From Providencia phage PSTCR7: a stretch of 32,000 nucleotides of DNA. The stretch lies in sequence record MW057861.1; one strand, written 5' to 3'. The notes beneath the pieces are model-generated. The model ran no database searches. It was not told where the DNA came from and was given only the letters and a program-made list of their open reading frames with translations. Positions 1-8,998 of the stretch are shown here, piece after piece (within the stretch, counting starts at the first letter, position 1; each line of letters opens with the position of its first letter). The position numbers and the translations under genes are program-made.

Positions 1-200
1 AAGACGGCAACCCTGTTTACTACGAAAACTATGAGCCATGTGACGTACCTGAATCTCGCTGGATAGATATGCGTGTCGAAATGCCTGTCAATTCTTTGTA
101 TAACAAAAGAATGAAAGCGATTGAAAGAGCTCGGTTTTATACAGAGTTGGTACAATATCAACAGGAGATAGTTAAAAACAATACAAAACAACTCAATTAA
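1..200 (+). CDS. 3' end of a truncated CDS (hypothetical protein)
   Basis: Open from the window edge in frame 3; ends ...YTELVQYQQEIVKNNTKQLN* at 200, immediately followed by a palindromic hairpin. Confidence 0.6.
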   Translation, partial: DGNPVYYENYEPCDVPESRWIDMRVEMPVNSLYNKRMKAIERARFYTELVQYQQEIVKNNTKQLN

Positions 201-205
201 TAACT

Positions 206-225
206 AGGGGGTTATATAACCCCCT
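206..225. terminator. Rho-independent terminator-like palindrome
   Basis: Perfect 20-nt palindrome AGGGGGTTATATAACCCCCT just after the stop codon at 200, followed by TTCCCTTATATTTT. Confidence 0.6.
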
Positions 226-394
226 TTCCCTTATATTTTAAAATACACCAATCTGAACTCTTACCAAACCTTTCTTGTCTGTAATGGCAATTACCTTATC
301 TGTGTACATAACCTCCGCTTTGCTAAAATTATTTTTAATTGTACGTGTGTTTTTCGTGCTTGTATTCGTTTTTAACAGCTTTTTAATTAACATG
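212..394 (-). CDS. Possible small protein (~60 aa), not in the supplied ORF track
   Basis: ATG at 394 with AGGAATATAGC upstream; translation starts MLIKKLLKTNTSTKNTRTIKNNFSKAEVMYTDKVIAITDKKGLVRVQIGVF. Its end overlaps the 206-225 palindrome, so it is uncertain. Confidence 0.35.
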
Positions 395-503
395 CTATAT
401 TCCTATTGAGTGTGTTACAACTGCTTAAATTACCCTATAAAGTGAACTTATTATCGGCAATTATAAATGTGGTTAACCTTGCAACTTCGATTAATATAAA
501 GAC

Positions 504-527
504 AAAAAAGCGGACCGAAGTCCACTT
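504..527 (-). terminator. Rho-independent terminator of the long minus-strand gene block
   Basis: On the minus strand AAGTGGAC-TTCG-GTCCGCTT followed by a T-tract; 8-bp stem (one G.U) with UUCG loop, 6 bp past the polymerase stop codon. Confidence 0.85.
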
Positions 528-532
528 AATAA

Positions 533-2512
533 TTACATATATCCAAAGTCTTGTAAATACGACTCGGATTTAGCTATATAGTGTTCGTAATCCAAATCCT
601 CCGGTATACCATCTTCCATTTTCATTAAAGGTACACCGTTTGTAGATCCTGCCACCTTATTTCCAGATTTTGCGTATATCATTTCTGGAACGTCTTCTTT
701 ATTGCTAATATACCAACGAACGACACCGCCTAAATATTCACCGTTCCATACAGCGCCACCTTTTACTTGTCGGATAGCCACAAATTTACGAATGTCTGTA
801 CAGTTTTTAATGGTTTCTCTTATAGGTGTACCTTTGTCCAAATACTCAACCACAGCATCGGTTATAATTGACCCTGTTGAGTTTTTAGTTAGTCCCGCTT
901 CCCTAAACCAGCCTTTACGTTTGATTTTACCGTCTGCCATTATTGCAATATAGTTGTTTACGTTGCTACTATGCAAAGACTTATATTCTGTATACTCCAT
1001 GTCAAACTTAGACTGACCTTCCCAATATGCAATAATAGAGTTTACAAAATCCTCTTTGTCTTCATCATACTCTATAACTATACCATCGGTATTCGCAGAA
1101 ACAATACTTGCACCATTTAATTCCAATAATTCGCATAACATTAATAAAGCAAGCTGTCCAGTTAACGTTGTCTGCAATAGTAGCTTAGGGTCATATAAAA
1201 AAGAGAATAATGAACCGAATTTACCATAAGCTCCGTTAATGGTAATCTTTAAACTATCAGACTTGCGCTTCTCACCTGCCTTTTTAGCAGCAATACGCAC
1301 ATTAACAATATTTTCATAAATTTGAAGAAACACTTCGCCAAGTTGAGGAGGAAATAACCTTTGACCTAATATTGTTTCAGGGTAGTAAGATGTAACGTCG
1401 GCATCCTTTCGTTTCTTACCTTTAGTGGGCAATCGAACTAAATTCTTTTCACAACTATGTAGCCCACCGATACCCATTCTGTATGTTACACCTCCCATTA
1501 CGAACTGAAGACCTTTTAATTCAGGAGGGTTTATAATTTTACCGTCGTTACCTATTATAAACTTACATCCTCGAATTAAATCTAAAACACTATTCATTAA
1601 AGGTGTTTGAAAGTGCAACCATTCAGGAATATCGTATGTTAAAACCTGACCTATAACATCTTCTATTTTAGGTTTAGGAGGATATCTTCCTGTTAATGCT
1701 CTATATTCTGCTGTAATTACATCTTCTGCTACCTGTGCATCAGATCGAGATCTCACGTCTATTCCGTGTTGTTTACCTATATCTACGCGCAAATCTATAT
1801 CTGGTTTAACAGCATTATAAGCCATATCTGTTAAATCCAAGTCGTTAATACAGTACCAACGAATAATTGCCTTCTGATTATAATTAAGTAAAGTCTCAGG
1901 ATGAAAAGGCAAATCCTGTAGCTGTTTGGCGTGCATTCTTGCACCGTATAATTTCAAGCTAACTCCAACGCCCGGCATTACTTCCTTAATATCAATGTGG
2001 TCACAATCTATTCTCTTTAATCCATAATTGCGAAGTATTTCCCAAGGACGCCAATTTTCAGAAATAATAAAGTTTGTAGCCTCTTTCAATAACATGTTAT
2101 CAAAACCGTGTAGTGCCATTGTAAGAATTGGCTCATCGTAGTGTTTACCGTTAAAACTTATAATCGTAAAATTAGTTACAATCCATTTTAACATAACCAC
2201 ATTTAGAGCTGTGTTTTCGTCCATTTCAAAGTAAATAATCTTTTTTGAGTTTACTCCCATAAAAGCAATTAGGAAATAGTTCTTATAACACTCAATATCG
2301 AAAACTAAAGGTTCTCTTGTTACAAACGCATTAATTAATTCCTGCTCTGTGTATAGATTGAAGTTCGCATTGAGTGCTTCTTGTAAGTGAGGTAAATAAT
2401 CGTCTTTAAGCCAAACTGGCTCAGGAGGAGTTCTTTTAATAACTTCCTTTACTTTTCTTTCTTTTACTACAGGAATGTCTTCCCAAAAGAATCCAATTGC
2501 ATCCTTTCTCAT
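533..2512 (-). CDS. Family-B DNA polymerase
   Basis: Exo motif FDIECYKNY, motif A DVTSYYPETI, motif B KITINGAYGKFG, motif C-like SANTDGIVI. Confidence 0.85.
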   Translation of the reverse strand: MRKDAIGFFWEDIPVVKERKVKEVIKRTPPEPVWLKDDYLPHLQEALNANFNLYTEQELINAFVTREPLVFDIECYKNYFLIAFMGVNSKKIIYFEMDENTALNVVMLKWIVTNFTIISFNGKHYDEPILTMALHGFDNMLLKEATNFIISENWRPWEILRNYGLKRIDCDHIDIKEVMPGVGVSLKLYGARMHAKQLQDLPFHPETLLNYNQKAIIRWYCINDLDLTDMAYNAVKPDIDLRVDIGKQHGIDVRSRSDAQVAEDVITAEYRALTGRYPPKPKIEDVIGQVLTYDIPEWLHFQTPLMNSVLDLIRGCKFIIGNDGKIINPPELKGLQFVMGGVTYRMGIGGLHSCEKNLVRLPTKGKKRKDADVTSYYPETILGQRLFPPQLGEVFLQIYENIVNVRIAAKKAGEKRKSDSLKITINGAYGKFGSLFSFLYDPKLLLQTTLTGQLALLMLCELLELNGASIVSANTDGIVIEYDEDKEDFVNSIIAYWEGQSKFDMEYTEYKSLHSSNVNNYIAIMADGKIKRKGWFREAGLTKNSTGSIITDAVVEYLDKGTPIRETIKNCTDIRKFVAIRQVKGGAVWNGEYLGGVVRWYISNKEDVPEMIYAKSGNKVAGSTNGVPLMKMEDGIPEDLDYEHYIAKSESYLQDFGYM

Positions 2513-3474
2513 ATTCTAATCCCCATGAACACCCCTCTTAAATTTTGTGCAATAAAAGAAGACTTGCCTGGATATCCGAAATGTATTTGTTCTGCTACAC
2601 CTTTTAAGGATTGGAGGATTTCAATACGCCATACTCCTTGAATTGAGCTGTCGTTAATATTATAACTTGCTCCTTCGGACTCATCAAAGTGAGTTCTAAC
2701 TGTTCCATTTTCGATATAAGCATTTGCGTTTTTATCCGCAAAAGGTTTAATTGAATCTAAAGCATCAAATAATGTAGAATCTACAACCTTATAGTTAAAC
2801 TCACCGTCTATAATTTTAGAAAGATCTGGCCATTCTTCTGCGTGTAATAACTGAGTTCTTAGCCATCGATCCCCTTCAAAATGAAAAGTAACACTTGTAT
2901 CGGATAATGTGCAACCGATTGGTTCTTCTTTTATTTTCAATAATTCTCGAACTGCTTGAGATGGTAATACAAAATTATGTGGAAACCCATTGCCTAGCCA
3001 ATATTCTGCGGCTGTAACATTGTTTGTTGCGTATGCACTTGTTGGCGTCACCAATACGCCACAACTCCATGGTCTACTAGCATCTGTGCTTATAAATGGT
3101 TTTAGCGAGTTTAAAGCCTGCATAAAAACATGCCCGTTTATAACAAACTGCTCACCTTCTGGCACAACATGCGGCGTTAATTTATCTAATGTGTTAATAT
3201 TAACTTTAAACTTTCCACTTTTAATATTCAATTTACCATTAGGTAACATTGTCATTTGAACTGCATCTTCGCACTTTTCAATAGCTTTAACTAAATCCAA
3301 TGCATGAGGTGTGCAATTTAAATCTGTGTCTACAGGTGCGCATAATGCAAACGTTCCATTAAAACCTCGAACAAAACCGTCTTCTATTTTAAAGTGGGTT
3401 AAACCTTCGACAAATTCTTTAGATGCTACAGAACCCTTTACGAATTTTAAAGACTGCAAAAGATCATTTATCAT
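2509..3474 (-). CDS. Sliding-clamp (DnaN/beta)-like protein
   Basis: 321 aa next to the polymerase; beta-clamp-like pattern (ATNNVTAAEYWLG...FVLPSQAVRELLKI...GVFMGIRI C-terminus). Motif-level judgement only. Confidence 0.55.
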   Translation of the reverse strand: MINDLLQSLKFVKGSVASKEFVEGLTHFKIEDGFVRGFNGTFALCAPVDTDLNCTPHALDLVKAIEKCEDAVQMTMLPNGKLNIKSGKFKVNINTLDKLTPHVVPEGEQFVINGHVFMQALNSLKPFISTDASRPWSCGVLVTPTSAYATNNVTAAEYWLGNGFPHNFVLPSQAVRELLKIKEEPIGCTLSDTSVTFHFEGDRWLRTQLLHAEEWPDLSKIIDGEFNYKVVDSTLFDALDSIKPFADKNANAYIENGTVRTHFDESEGASYNINDSSIQGVWRIEILQSLKGVAEQIHFGYPGKSSFIAQNLRGVFMGIRI

Positions 3475-4406
3475 TAGAAAAGCTCCTGAACACGCTCGTT
3501 TAACTTCTTATTGTGGTTACAATTAATCATAGTTTGAATTAGTCCGTATTGCCACAAGTTAAATGCAGCTCTAGACTCATAGCAAGTAGACAATCTTTCG
3601 TAAGTAAATCCAGCTCTTTCCAAATACCTTAAAATATTGTCCTGTTCTATGGGAGTAAGATTGCATAAATGCTGACCTGCATCATGACGAGAAGGACTTT
3701 TTTCTGATACTTGAATATTACCATAACGTGACGAAGTTATGCCCCCAAATGCCGCAGTTTGAATCCAAGAGGAGGAATCGCAGCTATACCAAGGATAACG
3801 CTCCATAAGCGGGATAGATGTTATACCAAATCCATGAACTTTTATTTTAGCACGACCAGAACCGTCAACAAGATGATTATTCCAAATTCTATCCAACCAT
3901 CTTGTTAATTGTTCAGTAGAAGCGCCAACCATACCACCGAGAGTTATGTATTCGTAATTTTGCACATAATAATCTAGATAACGAGGATCTTCCCCTGAGT
4001 GAAAACATGGTAACGGTCTAACTCCTCTTGCTTCCATTTCCAACTGGTTGCGATACGTTTGCAAAGGATCCCCGATACCATCCAACACAGAAGCCATCAA
4101 CGCTCCATCCTCAACTCTAATGATATCCATGTTACGTTGAATATATTCGCAATACTCTTTTACACTTAGCGTGACTCCTAAAGTATAGGCCGAGAATGCA
4201 CCGGAGTCCAAAAATATACGTGCATTATCTCTTCTCATATCATCTACAAATTTTTGTTTGCCAACATAGTGCCACGACTCTAGAATATGTTTTATTTTTC
4301 TGTTAACTATCTTTTTTTCGATATCATTTAATTTGTCGTGCCTGGATCCTTGTCCCTGCATGTATCCGTTTGTATATACCGCGGCCATAAATATAAACAT
4401 AAACAC
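3474..4406 (-). CDS. dpdA: DpdA-like DNA guanine transglycosylase (TGT superfamily)
   Basis: TGT-like signature IFLDSGAFSAYTLGVTLSVKEYCEYIQRN, then LGGMVG and KVHGFGIT; directly beside folE/queD/queC/queE. Confidence 0.8.
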   Translation of the reverse strand: MFMFIFMAAVYTNGYMQGQGSRHDKLNDIEKKIVNRKIKHILESWHYVGKQKFVDDMRRDNARIFLDSGAFSAYTLGVTLSVKEYCEYIQRNMDIIRVEDGALMASVLDGIGDPLQTYRNQLEMEARGVRPLPCFHSGEDPRYLDYYVQNYEYITLGGMVGASTEQLTRWLDRIWNNHLVDGSGRAKIKVHGFGITSIPLMERYPWYSCDSSSWIQTAAFGGITSSRYGNIQVSEKSPSRHDAGQHLCNLTPIEQDNILRYLERAGFTYERLSTCYESRAAFNLWQYGLIQTMINCNHNKKLNERVQELF

Positions 4407-4416
4407 CTCTAAACAA

Positions 4417-4448
4417 AAATGCCCTGTATATTATAATACAAGGCATTT
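4417..4448 (-). terminator. Hairpin (terminator/attenuator) between folE and dpdA
   Basis: Minus strand AAATGCCTTGTAT-TATA-ATATACAGGGCATTT followed by TTGTTT; fills the only real gap in this part of the cluster. Confidence 0.55.
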
Positions 4449-4473
4449 ACTTTACCAATAATCAGAAGTAATA

Positions 4474-5490
4474 CTACTTACAAATTGACATAAACTCGTT
4501 ACGTGTTTCAGGTTCATCTCTGATTACACCTCGTAATGCAACCGTTGTTGTGTAGTGACCATGTTGGCAAACACCGCGAGATTCCATGCACATATGACGA
4601 GCACTAACGAACACGCCTACACCAAGCGGTTGAAGATGTTCGACAATACAATCTGCAATTTGATTTGTTAAACGTTCTTGCACTTGTAAACGACGAGCAA
4701 ACATGTCTACAACTCTATTAATTTTGCTTAACCCTACAATACGCCCATTAGGTATGTATGCAACCGTTGCATTACCAATAATATCAGCCATGTGGTGCTC
4801 GCACTTAGAATAGAGAGGAATATTGTGAACAGTAACCATCTGATCGGATCCCTCTGCGCCATCTTCAAACGTTTTAAAAATGTCTTTAGGGTCAATTGTA
4901 TAACCTCCAAACCAATGATTAATTGCTTTTTCAACACGCTGAGGAGTTTCTGCTAGACCTGCTCTATCGTATGTATAAGGTTCAATGTATTCTAGTATAC
5001 CTTTAATGTGGTCAGAAAGGGATAACTTAGTGTTTTCCGTATTTTCCAAATCAAGTTCCAATTGTTTAATGTTATCCTTGTCTTCCAAATTTAAAATAGC
5101 AGGAGTTGCATTATGCATAAATTCATAATAAGAACGTAATACATCTTTATCTACATAAAAAGACATGTCACTTCCTTGATATTGCATAACCACATTATTT
5201 CCGCTTATTGCTAACACAGTGGCCAGTTTTTGCGTTTCCATATTGCGCCAAACTTGGCCAATTTTAACTTCAATTTGTTGAAATGTTTCTAATGGGTAAA
5301 ACTTATGAATAAACACATCCATTTGCGTAGATTGTACATCACTTCTGTCAAAAATATTAACGTGCCTAACAATGCTAAGTTTAGGATTACACTTGTCTAC
5401 ACTCAAACGATTATCAATTTCACAAACTTTAACACGCTTACCTAAAGAAGAAATATAAATTTTACCTACAATAACATCGTTAACATTCAT
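4474..5490 (-). CDS. folE: GTP cyclohydrolase I with an atypical N-terminal extension
   Basis: C-terminal half PLYSKCEHHMADIIGNATVAYIPNGRIVGLSKINRVVDMFARRLQVQERLTNQIADCI...SARHMCMESRGVCQHG is classic FolE; ~150 aa N-terminal region is additional. Confidence 0.9.
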   Translation of the reverse strand: MNVNDVIVGKIYISSLGKRVKVCEIDNRLSVDKCNPKLSIVRHVNIFDRSDVQSTQMDVFIHKFYPLETFQQIEVKIGQVWRNMETQKLATVLAISGNNVVMQYQGSDMSFYVDKDVLRSYYEFMHNATPAILNLEDKDNIKQLELDLENTENTKLSLSDHIKGILEYIEPYTYDRAGLAETPQRVEKAINHWFGGYTIDPKDIFKTFEDGAEGSDQMVTVHNIPLYSKCEHHMADIIGNATVAYIPNGRIVGLSKINRVVDMFARRLQVQERLTNQIADCIVEHLQPLGVGVFVSARHMCMESRGVCQHGHYTTTVALRGVIRDEPETRNEFMSICK

Positions 5491-5491
5491 T

Positions 5492-6001
5492 TTATAACTC
5501 CGCTGTCACAGAACACTTGCGCGTTTCTTCAATAATAACTTTGGTACAAACTACGCCTAAACCTTCTAGTTGTTTTGGTGCAACAACATTAAGTAAATAG
5601 TCTGCCATGTTTTCGGCCGTAGGGTTAAAAGGGACTCTCACAAAAGATTGTTGAATTATTTGTGAATTTTTAAAAGGTTCTTTCCCTACAGGGGCATAAT
5701 AAAGAAAGTCGCAGATAGGGTCTTCTGTCCAAAATAAAAATTTATGATCCCAATTATCTTCAAGCCACATGCAAAGTTTTTCTTTAATAACCGAGAAATC
5801 TATAACACGACCAACGGAGTCTAATTTAGGAATATTTGAATCAGATTCGCCAAGATCTAAGTTTAACTGATATTCTAATGCTTCACAGTAAAAATGAATA
5901 CGATAATTATGTCCATGTAAATGACGACATTTACTTTCATGACCCACAACACGGTGACCTACTGAAAGATCATGATAACGACTTGCTTGAATTTTAGTCA
6001 T
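5492..6001 (-). CDS. queD: 6-carboxy-5,6,7,8-tetrahydropterin synthase (QueD)
   Basis: HRVVGHESKCRHLHGHNYRIHFYCE and VGRVIDFSVIKEKL...LDHKFL-like (NWDHKFLFW) motifs of the PTPS/QueD family. Confidence 0.88.
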   Translation of the reverse strand: MTKIQASRYHDLSVGHRVVGHESKCRHLHGHNYRIHFYCEALEYQLNLDLGESDSNIPKLDSVGRVIDFSVIKEKLCMWLEDNWDHKFLFWTEDPICDFLYYAPVGKEPFKNSQIIQQSFVRVPFNPTAENMADYLLNVVAPKQLEGLGVVCTKVIIEETRKCSVTAEL

Positions 6002-7421
6002 TTTTAATCTCCATTACAGGATCAACTTTACCATTAATTTCAAATGCAGTTTTGCGCATAAAGCAAGGGCCACATTTTCCACAATGGTGTTCACCTTGTT
6101 CGTAGCAGCTCCAAGTCAATTGCATAGGTGCGTTAACTTTTAAACCAAGAGCAACAATTTCATGCTTCATTAAGTTACCAACAGGCATTATAACTTTTAA
6201 TTGTACACCATCGCCAACCGCAAACGGCAACATATGGTTAAAGCGTCTAATAAACTCAGGCTCGTTATCCGGATATGCACCTGATTCTTCCAAGTTATTA
6301 CCTAATGCAATAAAGTTATAACCCTTAGCTTCGGCGTATGCCGTTGCAATAGAAAGCATTAGCAAATTCCTTGCAGGAACCCACTCATGCGCGAACTCTG
6401 CCCCTGCTTCGCTTACAGCGATTGCGCTGTCGTTTAATAGTACGCTGTCCTCTGTATCGTAAAAAGGGATGTTCTTTATAACCACACTGACGCCAAGGTT
6501 CTCGGCTATCGCTTGTACACATTTCAGCTCTCTAGTTTCTGCTTTACACCCATATTGAAAATGCATCAATGCTACATTATAACCTTCCGCAACAAGTTTA
6601 GACGCTACAACAGTGCTATCTAAACCGCCAGAGCAAACTACTAACGCTTTAGAATCTGTTGTTGCAACTAAGTGTTTCTTTAAATTAATATGATCAATTT
6701 GACGACATTTTCCGCCCACATTTGTAAACACATTAGTTCCGTATGTATCCATTGCAATACTTTTTGTTTCAATGGGTTCACTACTGAATGAACAGCCTCC
6801 CATGTGTTCAGTAATGTACAAAGGTTTATAGTTACATGCTGTGAACAAATATTCAGGTAAATCGTCGTAAAATGCAAGAATTGCAAACGAGCCTTTTAAC
6901 TTTTTAACAGCAACATTAAATATTTCACTTGCGTCTGTCATTGTTAAACGCTCTTTGTAATCTGCCGTCAAATAGTTTAATAAATCTGCAATACGAGCAG
7001 AATCGATAGCTGTTTGTAATAACGGTGTGTCACTGTGTTTTTTAATTTCATCTGCAATTTCTTTATCGTTTGCAATTGTACCATTATGAACAATTGTCCA
7101 TTTACCTTGCTTATACGGTTGTTGGTCAAAATATTGTTTTTCTTTGACATATTCTGTTGTTGGTTCCGCTCGAGTATTACCAATTAAAATTGATGTATAA
7201 GGAAGCAAATTGTGGCAAATGTCTTTAATTACAGACGTGTTTTCAAGCTCTGTAATTCTAAAGCTACCCGTTTGTCCGCAAATGGACAGACCGCTTGCAC
7301 CAATACCATCGCGCCCACGATTTAAGGAAGTATTAATTAAAGTCTTTAAAATACTACTTCTAACAATATAATTGTTTATCTTGTTTGGGTTGTTAACCAT
7401 AAAACCAAAAATTCCGCACAT
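5994..7421 (-). CDS. queC: Gat-QueC: class-II glutamine amidotransferase domain fused to 7-cyano-7-deazaguanine synthase
   Basis: N-terminus MCGIFGFM (catalytic Cys2) with RGRDG and HNGTI; C-terminal half has CSGGLDSTVVASKL PPi loop and CYEQGEHHCGKCGPCFMRKTAF zinc-binding motif. Confidence 0.92.
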   Translation of the reverse strand: MCGIFGFMVNNPNKINNYIVRSSILKTLINTSLNRGRDGIGASGLSICGQTGSFRITELENTSVIKDICHNLLPYTSILIGNTRAEPTTEYVKEKQYFDQQPYKQGKWTIVHNGTIANDKEIADEIKKHSDTPLLQTAIDSARIADLLNYLTADYKERLTMTDASEIFNVAVKKLKGSFAILAFYDDLPEYLFTACNYKPLYITEHMGGCSFSSEPIETKSIAMDTYGTNVFTNVGGKCRQIDHINLKKHLVATTDSKALVVCSGGLDSTVVASKLVAEGYNVALMHFQYGCKAETRELKCVQAIAENLGVSVVIKNIPFYDTEDSVLLNDSAIAVSEAGAEFAHEWVPARNLLMLSIATAYAEAKGYNFIALGNNLEESGAYPDNEPEFIRRFNHMLPFAVGDGVQLKVIMPVGNLMKHEIVALGLKVNAPMQLTWSCYEQGEHHCGKCGPCFMRKTAFEINGKVDPVMEIKND

Positions 7422-7422
7422 A

Positions 7423-7623
7423 CTACACCTCTAATTCTGTTGGAGTTACTTTAAAATCTAAAATTAATAAATCACACGAACCTAAAGAACCAAGACTAGA
7501 AAATTGTTCTGTTTCGAATTTAATTAAAACAGGATCTTGACTATGTTCTTTAATAATTCTATTAATTTCATTAACACGATGCTGTAATAATTTTTGTAAA
7601 TCCTGTGCTTCTTGAAGTTTCAT
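7423..7623 (-). CDS. Small protein of unknown function between queC and queE
   Basis: 66-aa ORF filling the gap exactly (MKLQEAQDLQKLLQHRVNEINRIIKEH...). Confidence 0.6.
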   Translation of the reverse strand: MKLQEAQDLQKLLQHRVNEINRIIKEHSQDPVLIKFETEQFSSLGSLGSCDLLILDFKVTPTELEV

Positions 7624-8331
7624 TTATTCTACCTCAATTATTTTGTGTAGCTGTAATTGTACAATATATCCATTGGCTAAACAACTATCAACGACTGCTT
7701 TTGTATTCAACAAATTCTCTTCGTTATCGTAGCTGTCCATAGGTTGAAGATAAATAATATCTTTATAACACTCAGGCGGTCTTGCAATATGCGGAGTTGC
7801 ACGATGTTCTAAAGCACGAGTAGGAAGCCCGTCTGGTTCCACTTCTTTATGATTTAACACGTACTTAAATTTAATATTATTACAACCTTGTTTAATACGC
7901 TGTTCAAAACTAGGGTGCAGTTTTGTAGCCTTTGGGCTAACAACAATATTAACAGAACTTGGAAACTCTTGGGGAATAGGCATTGTACCATTTGTTTCAA
8001 TTTGTACTATGTACCCTCGAGCTAGTAACACTTTGCACACAATCGCTAATGCATTACCTTGTCTTAAAGGTTCGCCGCCTGTAACCACAATTAAGCGCAC
8101 ATTATCCGCTTGTTTAATAATTTCATCGGCGAGATCATATGGTTTCATTTTAATAGAAACGGATGTATAGTCTGTGTCACAAGCAGGGCACATTAAATTA
8201 CAACCAAATAATCTCACAAATAATGCAGGATAGCCTGTAAAAGGACCTTCCCCTTGTATGGTTTTAAAAATAGAATGAACAGAAATATTATCTGTTGAAT
8301 GATTTAATTTAGATGGTTTTTGCGTATTCAT
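7624..8331 (-). CDS. queE: 7-carboxy-7-deazaguanine synthase (radical SAM, QueE)
   Basis: IFKTIQGEGPFTGYPALFVRLFGCNLMCPACDTDYT (CX3CX2C) and VVTGGEPLRQG. Confidence 0.92.
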   Translation of the reverse strand: MNTQKPSKLNHSTDNISVHSIFKTIQGEGPFTGYPALFVRLFGCNLMCPACDTDYTSVSIKMKPYDLADEIIKQADNVRLIVVTGGEPLRQGNALAIVCKVLLARGYIVQIETNGTMPIPQEFPSSVNIVVSPKATKLHPSFEQRIKQGCNNIKFKYVLNHKEVEPDGLPTRALEHRATPHIARPPECYKDIIYLQPMDSYDNEENLLNTKAVVDSCLANGYIVQLQLHKIIEVE

Positions 8332-8932
8332 TTTTATTTCCTTTAGTCAATACAGATAATACTTTGCCGTAAACTGGTAACAAGAACAGTAAACTTAATC
8401 CCGCTTTAAATACAGTATCGAATAACGCAATGTTTAACCAAAATTCAGCAAGAACAGGATCTTCGCTTTTATAGAATGCAATAAAAAAGAAAAGTAAGCT
8501 ATCTATCAAGTTACCAATTGTCATAGATGCTGCCGGTGCAACATACCATACATAATTCTGTCTTAGCTTATTAAATACAAATATGTCAACAAGCTGACCG
8601 AATGCATAGGCTGCGAAACTAGCAACAGCAATTCTTAACACAAAGAAATTAAATGTGGTTATACCTTCTATTCCTTGCCATTGGCCATTAAAAAATAAAG
8701 ATGAAATAAACCAAGAAATGAACACAACAGGAATGGAAACTGTAAATATAACTTTTCTTGCTGTTTGAGCTCCAAGGATTCTAACTGTTAAATCAGTAAA
8801 GAGGAAAATTAAGGGGAAGGTGAATGCACCGTATGTTGTATGGAAACCAAATATTTGGAAGGGATATTGAGTGAGATAATTTGCAGATACAATAACGCAG
8901 ATGTGTAAAAATACAAGAATGGATAATTTCAT
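8309..8932 (-). CDS. yhhQ: YhhQ-family queuosine-precursor (preQ0/preQ1) transporter
   Basis: Multi-pass hydrophobic protein with YhhQ-like LIFLFTDLTVRILGAQTARKVIF, AYAFGQLVDIFVFNKLR and TIGNLIDSLLFFFIAFY. Track start at 8962 is a GTG; ATG at 8932 has a GAGG Shine-Dalgarno. Confidence 0.82.
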   Translation of the reverse strand: MKLSILVFLHICVIVSANYLTQYPFQIFGFHTTYGAFTFPLIFLFTDLTVRILGAQTARKVIFTVSIPVVFISWFISSLFFNGQWQGIEGITTFNFFVLRIAVASFAAYAFGQLVDIFVFNKLRQNYVWYVAPAASMTIGNLIDSLLFFFIAFYKSEDPVLAEFWLNIALFDTVFKAGLSLLFLLPVYGKVLSVLTKGNKNEYAKTI

Positions 8933-8998
8933 TTGATGCCTCGGTAGTATAAAAGGAGGCACTATGCCCCCTTTTGGATTAAACTGGCCTTTTAAACT

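Noticed and set aside
702-953. 83-aa + strand ORF inside the DNA polymerase
   Set aside because: Fully antisense to a well-supported CDS with polymerase motifs and no recognisable product.
2990-3526. + strand ORFs of 89 and 71 aa (2990..3259, 3311..3526)
   Set aside because: Antisense shadows of the clamp-like gene; no recognisable domain.
6680-7183. Minus-strand 68-aa ORFs 6680..6886 and 6977..7183 within Gat-QueC, plus 4734..4937 within folE
   Set aside because: Alternative-frame ORFs inside strongly supported genes.
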